Virus record (IMG/VR): IMGVR_UViG_3300007214_000055
Span: 2,209-66,208 of that record
DNA from: a virus
Lineage: Duplodnaviria; Caudoviricetes
Direction: 5' to 3' (one strand)
DNA length: 64,000 bases
How positions within the stretch are numbered: position 1 is the stretch's first letter; each line of letters begins with the position of its first letter. The notes beneath the pieces were generated by a model that searched no databases, had not been told where the DNA came from, and saw only the letters and a program-made list of their open reading frames with translations. Made by a program: the position numbers and the translations under genes. Shown here one piece after another: positions 18,032-28,505 of the stretch.

Positions 18032-18445
18032 ATGATCCTCGTTTACCGACCCGAACTCGAAAGTCCTCCAATGGACCCAGAGTGCACGATTGGCTTTTCC
18101 TTTGTTCAACAAAATGGACAGCCGGAAAACGTACAAGTGAAGTCCGGCGTAAACCGCGATTTCCCCGACACCGTGTGGGAACAGATCAAGGACTACGACG
18201 TCGTCAAAAACATGCTCAAACTGGGTGCTCTGCGCATCGAAGATGAGCAGTTCGTCGTGGCGGATCCCGCAGCAGTCGCTGATGTGGACTCCGTCGCAGA
18301 CATGCCTGTCACCCAGGCCCTGCGCCTGGTGGAAGACAGCTTTGACGTCACCCAACTCAAGGGTTGGGAGTCCAGTGAGCAGCGCATTCGCGTCCGCAAC
18401 GCCATCAGCAAACGCATCGCCGCCATCACGGAAGGTAACGGCTGA
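18032..18445 (+). CDS. Hypothetical head-associated protein
   Basis: ORF between MCP and adaptor; start ATG at 18032. Confidence 0.65.
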   Translation: MILVYRPELESPPMDPECTIGFSFVQQNGQPENVQVKSGVNRDFPDTVWEQIKDYDVVKNMLKLGALRIEDEQFVVADPAAVADVDSVADMPVTQALRLVEDSFDVTQLKGWESSEQRIRVRNAISKRIAAITEGNG

Positions 18446-18753
18446 TGGCAGTCCCCACCTCGTACGAGTTCCTTCAGCGCTTCCCCGAGTTCGGTGAGCT
18501 TTCGCTTGCCGTAGTCGAAGGCGCACTCGTAGAGGCTGGTCGCGCTACCCCCGCAACCAATTGGGGCGCCATTCATACCGAGGCCGTCAGCTACCTGGCA
18601 GCCCACATCCTTTCCACCCGGGTGATGCAGGTCGGTCTACAGGTCGGCAGTCAAGCCGGCCAGCCCTTAGGTACTGGCTTCGCCGCCAGTCTCTACGGCC
18701 AGGAGTACGAGCGCCTCAAAGGCATGCTCCCTCTTTCTGGATTTGCGCTGTAG
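18445..18753 (+). CDS. Head-tail adaptor (DUF4054-like)
   Basis: FLQRFPEF...YLAAHIL...SLYGQEYERL signature. Confidence 0.8.
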   Translation: MAVPTSYEFLQRFPEFGELSLAVVEGALVEAGRATPATNWGAIHTEAVSYLAAHILSTRVMQVGLQVGSQAGQPLGTGFAASLYGQEYERLKGMLPLSGFAL

Positions 18754-18755
18754 CC

Positions 18756-19160
18756 ATGACCATCTCAGATGCCACAATCGCCAGCTACGCCCCCTGGGGC
18801 AATGCTCAGCTGGCGTTTGAAGTCGGAGGCCAGGTCTTCAGCACCGACCCTGACACAGGCAACGCAGTTCAATTCACCGAGACCGTCGAATACCTGGCTG
18901 CCCTAAAACTCGAAGCACCTGCTTGGAATGGGCAGCCCGGAGCCGACAACTCGAGCTACAGCTGCAGTGGGCGCCTTCTCAGTCCGGCTCGTCTTGATCC
19001 TCGGATCACCAACGGCAGCCAAGCTGAGGCACTGATCAACGGTTATCGCGGCCGGTTCGAGCTCGTTTTCGATCTCGACATGGATCGCGCGGCCTATCAG
19101 GACATTCGGCAGTCAATCCAAGGCACATTCCGTGTCATCGGAGGCGCTATCAGTGGCTAA
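18756..19160 (+). CDS. Head closure / neck protein
   Basis: Position and size; start ATG at 18756. Confidence 0.55.
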   Translation: MTISDATIASYAPWGNAQLAFEVGGQVFSTDPDTGNAVQFTETVEYLAALKLEAPAWNGQPGADNSSYSCSGRLLSPARLDPRITNGSQAEALINGYRGRFELVFDLDMDRAAYQDIRQSIQGTFRVIGGAISG

Positions 19161-19524
19161 GCAACCACTCGATGCTCAACTTCGCGCTGCTACCGCTCAG
19201 GCGACTCGGCAGCTCGCTCTCTGGCTCGATACCCGTTTCACCGCGGAAATCTCAGCCGTCAAGTGGAACTACCCCACACCCCCCAAGGTGCGGGACATCG
19301 TGGACACCGGCCGTCTTCGCGCCAGTCAGACGCGCACCGTCAACCCAGACGGTTCTGTCACCTTCACTTGGCCCATCGAATACGCCGCTCAGGTCCACGA
19401 GGGCGGAGTAGCTACCTCTGGCCTCCGCTTCCCTGGTCGCCCCTGGACAAAGGCTCCTCTCGAGGAGGCCCCAGCTCAGTTCGACCGCTTTCTGCGCAAC
19501 GCTCTTCGCGCTGAGCAGTCATGA
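19153..19524 (+). CDS. Tail completion protein (HK97 gp10-like)
   Basis: VDTGRLRAS...YAAQVHEG...RPW motif. Confidence 0.75.
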   Translation: MAKQPLDAQLRAATAQATRQLALWLDTRFTAEISAVKWNYPTPPKVRDIVDTGRLRASQTRTVNPDGSVTFTWPIEYAAQVHEGGVATSGLRFPGRPWTKAPLEEAPAQFDRFLRNALRAEQS

Positions 19525-19994
19525 CGATCTCCACCAGCTGTCCTCAAGTGCGCTCACTGCGCACCACCATCGAGCGCTACATCCTCGGCCTCTACGAGAC
19601 CGACGGAACCACGCTCAGACCCGAGACCAGCTGGCCCGGCTATTACTCGATGCCCAACAACGCCCGCATCCCCGCGGTCTACGTCGTTGGCGAAGCCATG
19701 GTCCCCTCCGACTGGGTGATCACAGGCATCGAGTGCGTCATCACTGACGTTCCCGAGATCGTTTCCCCAGGCTCTGTCGGAGCCGTCCTGTCTTTCGAGC
19801 GCTGGCCAGTTCGTTTTACGAACTACGGCACACGCAAAGGCACTCGCATGCCGACCTCGTTGCTGGACATCAGCCGGCGTCTGGCACGCACCTTTCCCCG
19901 GGACAGCGTGACCTACACGCCCCGGACCGAGGCCACCTACGAGGCCTTGACGGTGTCCATCATGGGCCCCGTTCTGAACCCCCCGATCCCCTAA
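19521..19994 (+). CDS. Tail terminator-like protein
   Basis: Lies immediately before the tail tube gene. Confidence 0.5.
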   Translation: MTISTSCPQVRSLRTTIERYILGLYETDGTTLRPETSWPGYYSMPNNARIPAVYVVGEAMVPSDWVITGIECVITDVPEIVSPGSVGAVLSFERWPVRFTNYGTRKGTRMPTSLLDISRRLARTFPRDSVTYTPRTEATYEALTVSIMGPVLNPPIP

Positions 19995-20006
19995 GGAGTC
20001 CCTACC

Positions 20007-21017
20007 ATGGCCGACTATGCCATCGGGCTGTCGTTCCACAAGGCTCACCGGACCCTCGTCCGCGCCGTGGACCTGACGCCACCCTGCCGCTATTTCGCTA
20101 CTCGCGATACCGCCGGCATGATCACCCTCCCCACCCTGGACGCCGGCTCTCGCTACATCGAGCTGCAGGGTGTCAGCAACACCACTTTCGCCGTCAACGA
20201 CACCAACCAGGAGTTCCGCCTCCTCGGTGACAACGGCTGGGGTGACTCGCTGATCACCGGATCCACCGTGCAGGCTTCGGTTACCGCCTACTTCCTGAAG
20301 GACACCGCGACCCCCGCTGGTCAAAACTGTCCGCAGTTTCGTGGCAACTACGAAGAGGGCTTTGCTCTCATCGAAAAAGCGCGTTACAACAAGGACTACG
20401 AAATCTACGTCGAGTTCCTTAAAGAGCTCGGCCAAGAGAACGGCTCCAGCGGCGACTACATCTACGACTTCACCGGCTTCAACGCCGTCGTGATGAACTA
20501 CAACGAGAACCTCACTGCTGAAGGTCTCACCGAGGTCTCCTTCGACCTGATGTCCCGCGGCCGTCCCGTCTTCGGCCGCTACGACGCCGGCTCCACCGCG
20601 CTGGCCTTTGGTGGTGTGCAGTCCAGCCTGCTGTTCACCGCTGCCAGCTCCGGCACCCGTCGCTACGCCACGGTCCCTGTCAACAACGCAGGCTCCGTCG
20701 CTGTCGCCAACGACCTCACCGTCACCTACACCAGCGACGGCTCCACCGCCCTCACCCAGCTGTCGCTCGGTCAGACCGATGGTGGTGGTTTCCGCCTCGA
20801 GGTCGCTTCCACCGGCGTCCGCGTCCCCGCTGTCGTTTCTCTGGCCAGCAACGTTGTCACTATCAACCCGTCAGCCAACCTGACCGCTGCCACCATCTAC
20901 CGCCTCGTAGTGGCGGATGGCGCCATCAAGCAGGCCCTCGACAACAGCGGCAACCCCTCCGCCAGCGGTGTGTTGTTCCCACTTCAGGGCTTCACGACTC
21001 TCTTTACGACCGCCTAA
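20007..21017 (+). CDS. Major tail tube protein with C-terminal Ig-like domain
   Basis: Strong SD (TAAGGAG), biased codon use, C-terminal VVTINPSANLTAATIYRLVV (Big_5-like), followed by a terminator. Confidence 0.78.
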   Translation: MADYAIGLSFHKAHRTLVRAVDLTPPCRYFATRDTAGMITLPTLDAGSRYIELQGVSNTTFAVNDTNQEFRLLGDNGWGDSLITGSTVQASVTAYFLKDTATPAGQNCPQFRGNYEEGFALIEKARYNKDYEIYVEFLKELGQENGSSGDYIYDFTGFNAVVMNYNENLTAEGLTEVSFDLMSRGRPVFGRYDAGSTALAFGGVQSSLLFTAASSGTRRYATVPVNNAGSVAVANDLTVTYTSDGSTALTQLSLGQTDGGGFRLEVASTGVRVPAVVSLASNVVTINPSANLTAATIYRLVVADGAIKQALDNSGNPSASGVLFPLQGFTTLFTTA

Positions 21018-21047
21018 GGGTCAGACTGAGAGTGAGCCAACTACTCG

Positions 21048-21071
21048 GCCCCGCTCTTGCGGGGCTTTTTT
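21048..21071 (+). terminator. Rho-independent terminator
   Basis: GCCCCGC-TCTT-GCGGGGC-TTTTTT after the tail tube gene. Confidence 0.9.
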
Positions 21072-21083
21072 GTACTACAAAGT

Positions 21084-21317
21084 ATGCAGCACGATCTCTT
21101 AATGGATGCCGCTCACATGGTCTACGCAGTGAACTGCCAAGTACAAGGCGACACCCTTCACTGCGGCGCCCTGTACTTGGAGCCCCTGGTCCCGTTTAAG
21201 TCTATACGCTTAGCGTATGAAGCTGCTAGTGTGATGGTTGAACTACCCACCGAGCTCGTCAACCAAGCTGACCCTTTCAGATCTTGGTCCATTGAGCTCC
21301 CCATCTCCGATGTCTAA
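21084..21317 (+). CDS. Hypothetical protein
   Basis: 77 aa ORF coupled to the next gene. Confidence 0.55.
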   Translation: MQHDLLMDAAHMVYAVNCQVQGDTLHCGALYLEPLVPFKSIRLAYEAASVMVELPTELVNQADPFRSWSIELPISDV

Positions 21318-21852
21318 GTACGCTTCGCTTCTGTTTTCACCTGAAAAGTACCACGAAATTGGACCTTTTCGCTTTCCTGTGTACCACGATTTGGTACCGG
21401 GCGAAGCTAAAGGCATTGAAGCGCTAGGCCGTAAACAGTCTAAATCGACTTTCCGCTCAATCAAGCTCGCGCAGCGTATTGCTAAAGACAAAGGCATTAC
21501 AACAAAAGAAGCCATTGACCTACTGAGCAGCTCTGCAGAGAACGATCAAGAGCTCCTTTACGACTACGCCGGCGATCTCGAGGAGCTGCAGCGCGACTCC
21601 ATCGGTGCTGTCGAGCAGCAAGTGGCTTTCGTCACCCTCTTCATGCAGTATCGCGGCGAAGCCAAGCTTCCCCGCTCTAAGGACTGGCAGAAGCTCGATG
21701 ATTGGACCGAGGCCGACACCGAAGCCATTCCCACCCGCCTGATGGAGCAAATCTTTGAACTCCTCACCTGGGAACGCGACGGCTGGCCGACTGCTGAGGG
21801 AAACGAACCGGAGCCGGAGCCCGAGTTCAGCCCACCCCCGAGCAAAGACTGA
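21310..21852 (+). CDS. Tail assembly chaperone (gpG-like)
   Basis: Between tail tube and tape measure; slippery G GGA AAC at 21798-21804. Confidence 0.8.
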   Translation: MSKYASLLFSPEKYHEIGPFRFPVYHDLVPGEAKGIEALGRKQSKSTFRSIKLAQRIAKDKGITTKEAIDLLSSSAENDQELLYDYAGDLEELQRDSIGAVEQQVAFVTLFMQYRGEAKLPRSKDWQKLDDWTEADTEAIPTRLMEQIFELLTWERDGWPTAEGNEPEPEPEFSPPPSKD

Positions 21853-22283
21853 AGCAAGCCGAGGACACGCTGCGGGCACCGCTAGCCGATTGGGACTCGG
21901 TGTATTTCCGCATTCGTGCCTCTCCAGTAGGTGGAGACTTCACGCCAGCAAGCTTCCTTCGCACCCCAATCAGCACGATCCGCTGGTTGTTGCGCCAAAT
22001 CGATGACTATGACCGCGGTCTGGCCAACACCCAAAGCATGAGCACTGCCCGCCAGACGGCGGTGCTCATCCAAATCGCGCATGGATTCTCTGGCTCCAAA
22101 CGCCCTGCACCCAAAGTGCAACCACGAGACTTCCTTCCCTTCCCAGATTGGAAACCTGCTGCCGAAGCAGCCGACGGCCCCGACGCCCCCACCAAGTTCA
22201 TCCTTTCCGAGCTCGTACGCGCACGCCAGCTACCGCTGCACGTCTACGCCGCGCTCGCAGCCGGCGCTTCAGGCCGCACCTAA
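21804..22283 (+). CDS. Tail assembly chaperone -1 frameshift extension (gpGT-like)
   Basis: The -1 frame is open from the slippery site through YFRIRAS to 22283, giving a fusion of ~324 aa. Confidence 0.78.
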   Translation, partial: RTGAGARVQPTPEQRLKQAEDTLRAPLADWDSVYFRIRASPVGGDFTPASFLRTPISTIRWLLRQIDDYDRGLANTQSMSTARQTAVLIQIAHGFSGSKRPAPKVQPRDFLPFPDWKPAAEAADGPDAPTKFILSELVRARQLPLHVYAALAAGASGRT

Positions 22284-22307
22284 CATACGAGTAGCGCATA
22301 CCGGCCC

Positions 22308-25300
22308 GTGTCTGATTTTCGACTAAAAGTAGTAGCTGAAACTCAGGCCGCCGAACGCAGCCTGAAACAGGTAGAGCAGGTAGCAGATAAAGCCACCCGA
22401 GAGCGCAAGCTAAACATTGACATACGGGCGCTCAATAAAAACTTTAGCAGCCTAACCAGTGATATAAAATCAGCTACCAATAACATTAAGACATTTTATA
22501 GCTTCAGTAAAAAAGTCCCAGGTCTAAGCGACAAGATTGAGCAATACGAAAAACTAGCTAAAAGTACCGCGTCCGCAGCTAAAGCAGGCATCGGACTAAA
22601 AGAGAATGCAAAAGCAGGCAGCATACTGGCTAACAGCCTGGAGTTTGCTGCAGGTAAGGGCGGGCAGCTTATCAATGCCTTAGCAAAAGTAGGTCTTGCT
22701 ACGTTTGCAATAAAAGAAGCCGTCGGTGTCCTCCAATCCGCATGGAATGGCTTCTTCAACAACACGATTGGCCGCGAAATCAAGCTTCGCGAGACCATCT
22801 TAAAGACACAGACAACGCTTGCCTCTACTAACCGTGTCTTCGCAAACGGCCGCGAAATAACCGATCCCTACCAGAAGATCGTCACGCTAACCGGTGCAGT
22901 CAACAAAAACATTGATTCCATACGAGTGCGGTCTATCGCCCTCGCTGGTGTCACCTCCAACGACGTCATCGAAGTTTTTGGAATCGTCGCTTCTGAAGTC
23001 GGCCAGATCGGTGGTGGCCTGAAGGAAGCCGAAGATCTTGCGATCAACTTCGCTGCCGCCCTCGGTACCTTTGGTATCCCGCTGTACCAGGCGCGCCAGG
23101 AGATCGGCTCCATCCTTCGTGGTGACATCACCATGGACTCGTACCTGGCGAAAGGGCTAGGCATAACCAACGAAGACATCGCCAAAGCCAAAACGCAAAC
23201 AGGTGGTGTCGTTAAATTTCTTGAAGACCGCCTAGCCGCTGCTGTCGCCGGCCAACGCATCGCCGCTCAAGGATTCTCCGGCGTTGTCTCCAATATCGCC
23301 GACCTCGGTGAGCTCATCGGTCAAAACTTCGGCCGCGGCCTGCTCGACCCTCTGCTCGCCGGTCTTACCGCCGTATTCGAGTCGCTGTTCCGCATCCGCC
23401 AGCAGCTTTTCGACATCGCCTCGGGGGCCGGGGCAGCGATCGGCCGAGCCGGACAACTCATCGTGGGCCTCACCGCCGGCCGAACCGGTCTCGGCGCCGG
23501 TGACCCCAGCGCTGCCGCCAGTGCTGCCGCCTCTGTCGCTCAACGTGGTTTCACCGAGCTCGAGCGCGTCGCCCAGCGCACTGTTGGCGCCCTGTCGCAG
23601 GCAATCGAGGCGCTGAAACCCACTGCGCTAATTCTCGTCGATGCCTTCAAGAACATCGCCGAGGCCTTTGTCAACATCAAAGTCGGCACTTTCCAAGCTC
23701 TTGCATCGGCCCTAGCCAACATCGCCAGCGTCGTCGGCGCGCTAGCCCCGAGCCTGGCGACTGTGTTCAACCTCTACGCCCGCTTCCTTAACACCCCGGC
23801 TGTTCAGTACTTCTCCGAGGTCGCCGCTGTTCTCAGCCTCCTCAAGCGCGTCGGCCTCGACGCCGCTACACAGTTAGTACTATTCGGGCGCTTCATTTTT
23901 GGCAGTGTAATACCTGCTGTAGGTGGTTTAGGCACAGCTTTAGGTGGACTCGTAGCCGTTATAGCCACAGTCGTAGTCGCACTTGGTAAACTAATTGTTG
24001 TACTCGCTGGCTTAGCTACCGCTCTTGTAGGTCCAGCCGCCGCTATTCCTGCGGTAGCCGCCGCATTAAAAGCGTTAGGTATTGAACTTCTCACTGTTGG
24101 CAAACAAGCCATAGTTTCAGGCGGCAAGCTCAACGGACTCGCCGCTGGCTTCCGCGGCCTCGGCGCTAGTGCAAAAGCTGCCGGAGCCTCGATTCTCGCT
24201 TCCCTTGGCTGGCTTGCTGTTATTCAGATCGGCATCTCCGTCATTGTCGACGCCCTCGGTCGCTACCAGCGCGCTCAAGAAGATCAACGCTCCAATGCTC
24301 GAGCGGTGGAAGCGCTGCGACGCCTACAGACCACCTACAAAGACGTAGGGGATTCAGCCGATAGCGCGACAAAAGCAGCTCGTGACTTTGAGCGCGCCAT
24401 TGTTGACGCAAACTATAGCCGCAACATTGAACAGCTAGAAGAAGTACGCAAAAAGATCAACCAAATACGCTACGAACTCAAGCCCGGCATCCAGAGTTGG
24501 GGTGAATTTTGGGACGCCCTGTCCGGCTCCGAGGCCGGTCGTTTCGAAGAGCGCTCGCGCCAAGTGCTCAAGGGCCTTCAATCCGAAGAAGCCAAGATCG
24601 AAGCCCAGCTCCGTGGTGTCGATGCCGAGCGTGACCGCGAACGTGCCGCCGAAGACATCAAGCTCCAGGCCGCCAACCGCGTCAACCTCGAAAAGGAAAT
24701 CTTCGAGCTTCGCCGTCAACTCGAGAACGACCTATTCCAGCAACGCCAAGCCCTCGCCCAGAAAGAAGTCGAGATCTTCCGTGTCGCCGGCGAGCTCCGC
24801 ATCAAGCAAATTGAAAAAGCCAACGCCAAACTCATCGAGGGTGAAGAAGGCGCTTCTCGTGCTGCTCTAGAGGCGCTCAACAACTACATCGCCACCCGCG
24901 AGCGCGGCGAGCTCGAGATCGAAGCCGCCAAGAAGTCTCTTGCTATTGAAGTCGCGAATCTTGAGCGTCAGATAATAGATTACCGCCTAGATATAGAGAA
25001 GCGGATATTCGAATTGCGAAAGCGAGCAGGTGAGAACGACATAAAATCAGCTCAGTTACGCCGTCAGCAGCTTGAAGCAGCAGCCAAGATTGTTCCGGGA
25101 GGCGCAGTCCGTGGAGGGGCTGTAGTCACCCAGCGCAACGACCCCGACGGTGAACAAACAGGGTCAGACATTGCCCTGAAGGGCGGCGTCGGAGCAGCCA
25201 TCCAGAACCCATTCTCTAGCCTACGAATCACAAAAGTAGGGCAGCAGGGCTCTGGCAGCGGTTCATCAGGCAAAGGTTTTGGTAATTATGTCACTGGTGA

Positions 25301-27218
25301 AGCTGTTCTTAACGGTAGGAAGTTCGAAGTACTCCTCGGTCATCTAAATGAAACTGTTGTACGAGTTGGTGACGTCCTTCAATCAGGGGCAGTCATAGGC
25401 ACGCAGGGTATTACAGGCAGAGCTACAGGCCCTCACGTATCTACGCATGTCAACGCGCTAAACGGAGGTAATGCCGCCTCAGTGCTCCGTGCCATTGAGA
25501 ACGCCTGGGTCAAAGGCGGGACAATTCAAAGCCGCGCGCTAACAGAAGTCCCGAAAGTTGAAGCACTTCAAAGCGCTTCAGAGATTCCTGACAAGAGCGC
25601 TGCAGCCCAGCGTTACGCCGAGGCCGTCCGCAGCTTGGCCGGCGCTATGGAACGCTTGCGTTCGCTACAAGCTGCGCTCACTGAAGCCAACACTGCTGAA
25701 GCATTTGATCAAATAGCTAAGTCCGCATTCCCTCAGGTCGCACTAGAGCAATACCAGGATCGTCTACTGGAGCTCCGCTATACCTATGAAGCAGTCACAA
25801 ATAGCGCAGCAAACGCATTTGACCCTGAGCGCAGCGCCCTAGAAGTGAGTCGTCTTACGCAGATTGCAACAGCTAATCGCGAACGAGAGCAAATTCTTAA
25901 AGGTATTGCAGTACAAACACGACTAAACGAAGCTGAAAGAGCAAAAGCTATTGATGCTGTTAATGCAAAACATGCACTATACTTGCAGGGACTACAACAA
26001 GAAAACATACTAAAACAACGTATCCTTGTAACCGAACAAGCGACTAATTTAATAAGTCAAATGCGCGCACAGACAAAAGACATATACACGGAACTAGACG
26101 CACTAAAGCTACGCAATAGACTCGAGTATGAAGGCTTAGCCCCAGAGTTAATCGCAGCCGAGCTAGCCAAGCTAAACATAACAAACGAAATCAACAAAGC
26201 TAAAGCTGAGCTTAATAAACAACTAGATATAGAGTTAAAGCTTCGGGACCAAATTCAAGAGAAAATTAAAACTGCTACAGATAAAGACAAAGAAGCACTA
26301 CAAACGCAGCTAGCCGAAGCTCTCAAAGAAATCGAACGCTTGCGCAAACAGATCGGAGATGTCGGTTCTGTAGGTTCAGAGCGCGCCGCGGCTGAAGATG
26401 CCCGAGCTCGGGCGCAAACAGCGCCGGGCGCCAAGATTCGTCGTTTCATCGGTGAAGCACAACAACAGCTCAATGACCTTGAAGCCGTTGCAGTTCGTGT
26501 ATCTCAGGGCATTGGCGACGCTGTTGGCAATTCACTCGCCAATGGAATCGCTGGGCTGATTGAAGGCACCACAACTGCTCAACAAGTGTTTTCAGACTTC
26601 TTGAAGCAGATTGGTCAGATTCTTGTACAAGAAGGTACCAAGATGATTGCAATGTATGTTGCGATTGGCATTGCAAAGATTTTTGCTGGGATGTCGAGCG
26701 GTGGCGGCGGTGGTGGAAATTCTGCCAAGTTTGGAATCAATACTCCCGATATGAACAAATATGCGCCCTTACCTGCATCGGCCAATGGCAGTTACTTCGC
26801 AAACGGCATCGCAGCATTTGCCAACGGAGGCATGTTCACCAACTCCGTCGTCGCCTCGCCAACACTCTTTAAGTTTGCAGACGGTGGCGCAATGCGTACG
26901 GGTGTTGTGGGTGAGGCTGGTCCCGAAGCAATCATGCCCCTATCTCGTGGATCTGATGGTCGCCTTGGCGTAGACGCAAATGGGTTGCGTGAAGCAATGA
27001 GCGCAAGCAATGGAAGCTCGGGTGTCCCAGCACTTAACATGACCTTTGAAACAACAACCATCAACGGTGTTGAGTACGTCAGTCGTGAACAGCTTGAGGC
27101 GGCCATGAGCGCTACTCGTCGCCAGGCCACCAAGGATGGCGCCAAACAGGGCATGAGCATGACCCTGGATCGCCTCCAGCAGTCCCCCGAGATCCGTCGC
27201 CGTCTTGGATTCCGCTAA
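22308..27218 (+). CDS. Tape measure protein with embedded M23-like domain
   Basis: 1636 aa, Ala-rich helical; lambda-type C-terminus FANGG...GEAGPEAIMPL. Confidence 0.92.
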   Translation: MSDFRLKVVAETQAAERSLKQVEQVADKATRERKLNIDIRALNKNFSSLTSDIKSATNNIKTFYSFSKKVPGLSDKIEQYEKLAKSTASAAKAGIGLKENAKAGSILANSLEFAAGKGGQLINALAKVGLATFAIKEAVGVLQSAWNGFFNNTIGREIKLRETILKTQTTLASTNRVFANGREITDPYQKIVTLTGAVNKNIDSIRVRSIALAGVTSNDVIEVFGIVASEVGQIGGGLKEAEDLAINFAAALGTFGIPLYQARQEIGSILRGDITMDSYLAKGLGITNEDIAKAKTQTGGVVKFLEDRLAAAVAGQRIAAQGFSGVVSNIADLGELIGQNFGRGLLDPLLAGLTAVFESLFRIRQQLFDIASGAGAAIGRAGQLIVGLTAGRTGLGAGDPSAAASAAASVAQRGFTELERVAQRTVGALSQAIEALKPTALILVDAFKNIAEAFVNIKVGTFQALASALANIASVVGALAPSLATVFNLYARFLNTPAVQYFSEVAAVLSLLKRVGLDAATQLVLFGRFIFGSVIPAVGGLGTALGGLVAVIATVVVALGKLIVVLAGLATALVGPAAAIPAVAAALKALGIELLTVGKQAIVSGGKLNGLAAGFRGLGASAKAAGASILASLGWLAVIQIGISVIVDALGRYQRAQEDQRSNARAVEALRRLQTTYKDVGDSADSATKAARDFERAIVDANYSRNIEQLEEVRKKINQIRYELKPGIQSWGEFWDALSGSEAGRFEERSRQVLKGLQSEEAKIEAQLRGVDAERDRERAAEDIKLQAANRVNLEKEIFELRRQLENDLFQQRQALAQKEVEIFRVAGELRIKQIEKANAKLIEGEEGASRAALEALNNYIATRERGELEIEAAKKSLAIEVANLERQIIDYRLDIEKRIFELRKRAGENDIKSAQLRRQQLEAAAKIVPGGAVRGGAVVTQRNDPDGEQTGSDIALKGGVGAAIQNPFSSLRITKVGQQGSGSGSSGKGFGNYVTGEAVLNGRKFEVLLGHLNETVVRVGDVLQSGAVIGTQGITGRATGPHVSTHVNALNGGNAASVLRAIENAWVKGGTIQSRALTEVPKVEALQSASEIPDKSAAAQRYAEAVRSLAGAMERLRSLQAALTEANTAEAFDQIAKSAFPQVALEQYQDRLLELRYTYEAVTNSAANAFDPERSALEVSRLTQIATANREREQILKGIAVQTRLNEAERAKAIDAVNAKHALYLQGLQQENILKQRILVTEQATNLISQMRAQTKDIYTELDALKLRNRLEYEGLAPELIAAELAKLNITNEINKAKAELNKQLDIELKLRDQIQEKIKTATDKDKEALQTQLAEALKEIERLRKQIGDVGSVGSERAAAEDARARAQTAPGAKIRRFIGEAQQQLNDLEAVAVRVSQGIGDAVGNSLANGIAGLIEGTTTAQQVFSDFLKQIGQILVQEGTKMIAMYVAIGIAKIFAGMSSGGGGGGNSAKFGINTPDMNKYAPLPASANGSYFANGIAAFANGGMFTNSVVASPTLFKFADGGAMRTGVVGEAGPEAIMPLSRGSDGRLGVDANGLREAMSASNGSSGVPALNMTFETTTINGVEYVSREQLEAAMSATRRQATKDGAKQGMSMTLDRLQQSPEIRRRLGFR

Positions 27219-27625
27219 TGGCTGACTTCCCCTCCTACGCCCCCACAGGCCGGAGTTTTTCTCCGGGCGTCTACCCTCAGAAGGTCTACCGATCGCTCTC
27301 GGGCGTAGCAGTTAAGCGCACCTTTGGAAACAAACCATCGGGGGCGAAGCTTGATCTTGAATTTGATAACATCAGCGATGCAAAAGCTGCTGACATACTG
27401 AATCACTACAGACAGCAGACTGCGCAAAATGCACGTTTTAAGCTGAGTGCTAAAACTATCGCTGGAATCGGCACTCAGTTAAGTGTGATCGCAAGTGGAG
27501 CTGCTGACGATTTGCGTTGGGAATATGAGTCTCCCCCGACTGTTCAATCAGTGCGCCCAGGAGTTTCTCAGCTACGCGTTACATTGGTTGGCGAAATCAT
27601 AAATCTATACCTTGATGATCAATGA
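27218..27625 (+). CDS. Minor tail / distal tail protein
   Basis: Directly after the TMP; LRWEYESPPTVQSV. Confidence 0.65.
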   Translation: MADFPSYAPTGRSFSPGVYPQKVYRSLSGVAVKRTFGNKPSGAKLDLEFDNISDAKAADILNHYRQQTAQNARFKLSAKTIAGIGTQLSVIASGAADDLRWEYESPPTVQSVRPGVSQLRVTLVGEIINLYLDDQ

Positions 27626-28125
27626 CCGACTTTCGTAGCAACACCCCTGATATTCGCATTTGTCAATTTTTTGAACTCACGCCTCGTGACGTTACAAAGC
27701 CAATTCGCAGATTTCAAAACTATTTTGTCAATCAAGATAAGCAGTTTCCGTCTCACAATGGAGACCGCTATCAATTTGCACCGTTTAGAGCAGAAGGGAG
27801 TGTTGCTAGTCTGAACGGCGAAAACAATGTACTGCAGGTATTGTTTCCTAACATTGAGATCGCCTTACAGCTTTTGCACGATATTGACGGCAATCGCCTA
27901 ACCAGATTGCGCCTGAACACAATGTGGCTTACATCTTCAGATGATTACTCAGCAAAAGTGCAAGCTGAATACTTTGTGGGTATTGGAAGTAGCATTAGTG
28001 AAACAACGCTTGAGTTGCGTTTCAGATCTGCAATTGACAGCGTTACCAGCAATTTTCCGAACAGGACCTTGACGCGAGAGCTTGTTGGCCCGCTGCCGCT
28101 AGATGCCAACGTCAGGCTGGGCTGA
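27622..28125 (+). CDS. Minor tail protein (gpL-like)
   Basis: Position; LRFRSAIDSV...FPNRTL. Confidence 0.55.
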   Translation: MTDFRSNTPDIRICQFFELTPRDVTKPIRRFQNYFVNQDKQFPSHNGDRYQFAPFRAEGSVASLNGENNVLQVLFPNIEIALQLLHDIDGNRLTRLRLNTMWLTSSDDYSAKVQAEYFVGIGSSISETTLELRFRSAIDSVTSNFPNRTLTRELVGPLPLDANVRLG

Positions 28126-28505
28126 TGAATGACCTGATCGGGTTGAAGCGCGCCTGGGGAGCCTATCCGGGCGACGGGAGTGGCACAGTTGACTGCTGCC
28201 TGCTCGCCGCTGAAGTTCATAAAAGACTTGGGTATTTTGATTACACAGATCAATTGCGAGAATACTTTGACAATTACACAGATGAAACCTTCCCAAGAGT
28301 ATTGATAGCAAAGTGGCTTCTTAAAAACGCTGACATATTGCGCTCACCGGAACCGCACGCCGTAGTGCTGTTGCCTGGAAATCAAGGGGGCGCAATGGGT
28401 ACAGTGATGGATGACGGCAGGGTTTTGTTTATCTCGCCCGATGCAGGCGTTGTTCTTGCACCACTGCCTCACAATCTGGGACACTACTTTCGCTTACGCA
28501 AATGA
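28125..28505 (+). CDS. Tail assembly protein K-like (NlpC/P60-like)
   Basis: GTVDCCLLAAEV Cys motif; lambda-like gene order. Confidence 0.65.
   Translation: MNDLIGLKRAWGAYPGDGSGTVDCCLLAAEVHKRLGYFDYTDQLREYFDNYTDETFPRVLIAKWLLKNADILRSPEPHAVVLLPGNQGGAMGTVMDDGRVLFISPDAGVVLAPLPHNLGHYFRLRK

Noticed and set aside
15729-18033. Long minus-strand ORFs (15729-16877, 17029-18033) and similar ones opposite other genes
   Set aside because: Shadow ORFs produced by strong GC/codon bias of the real plus-strand genes; no recognisable motifs.
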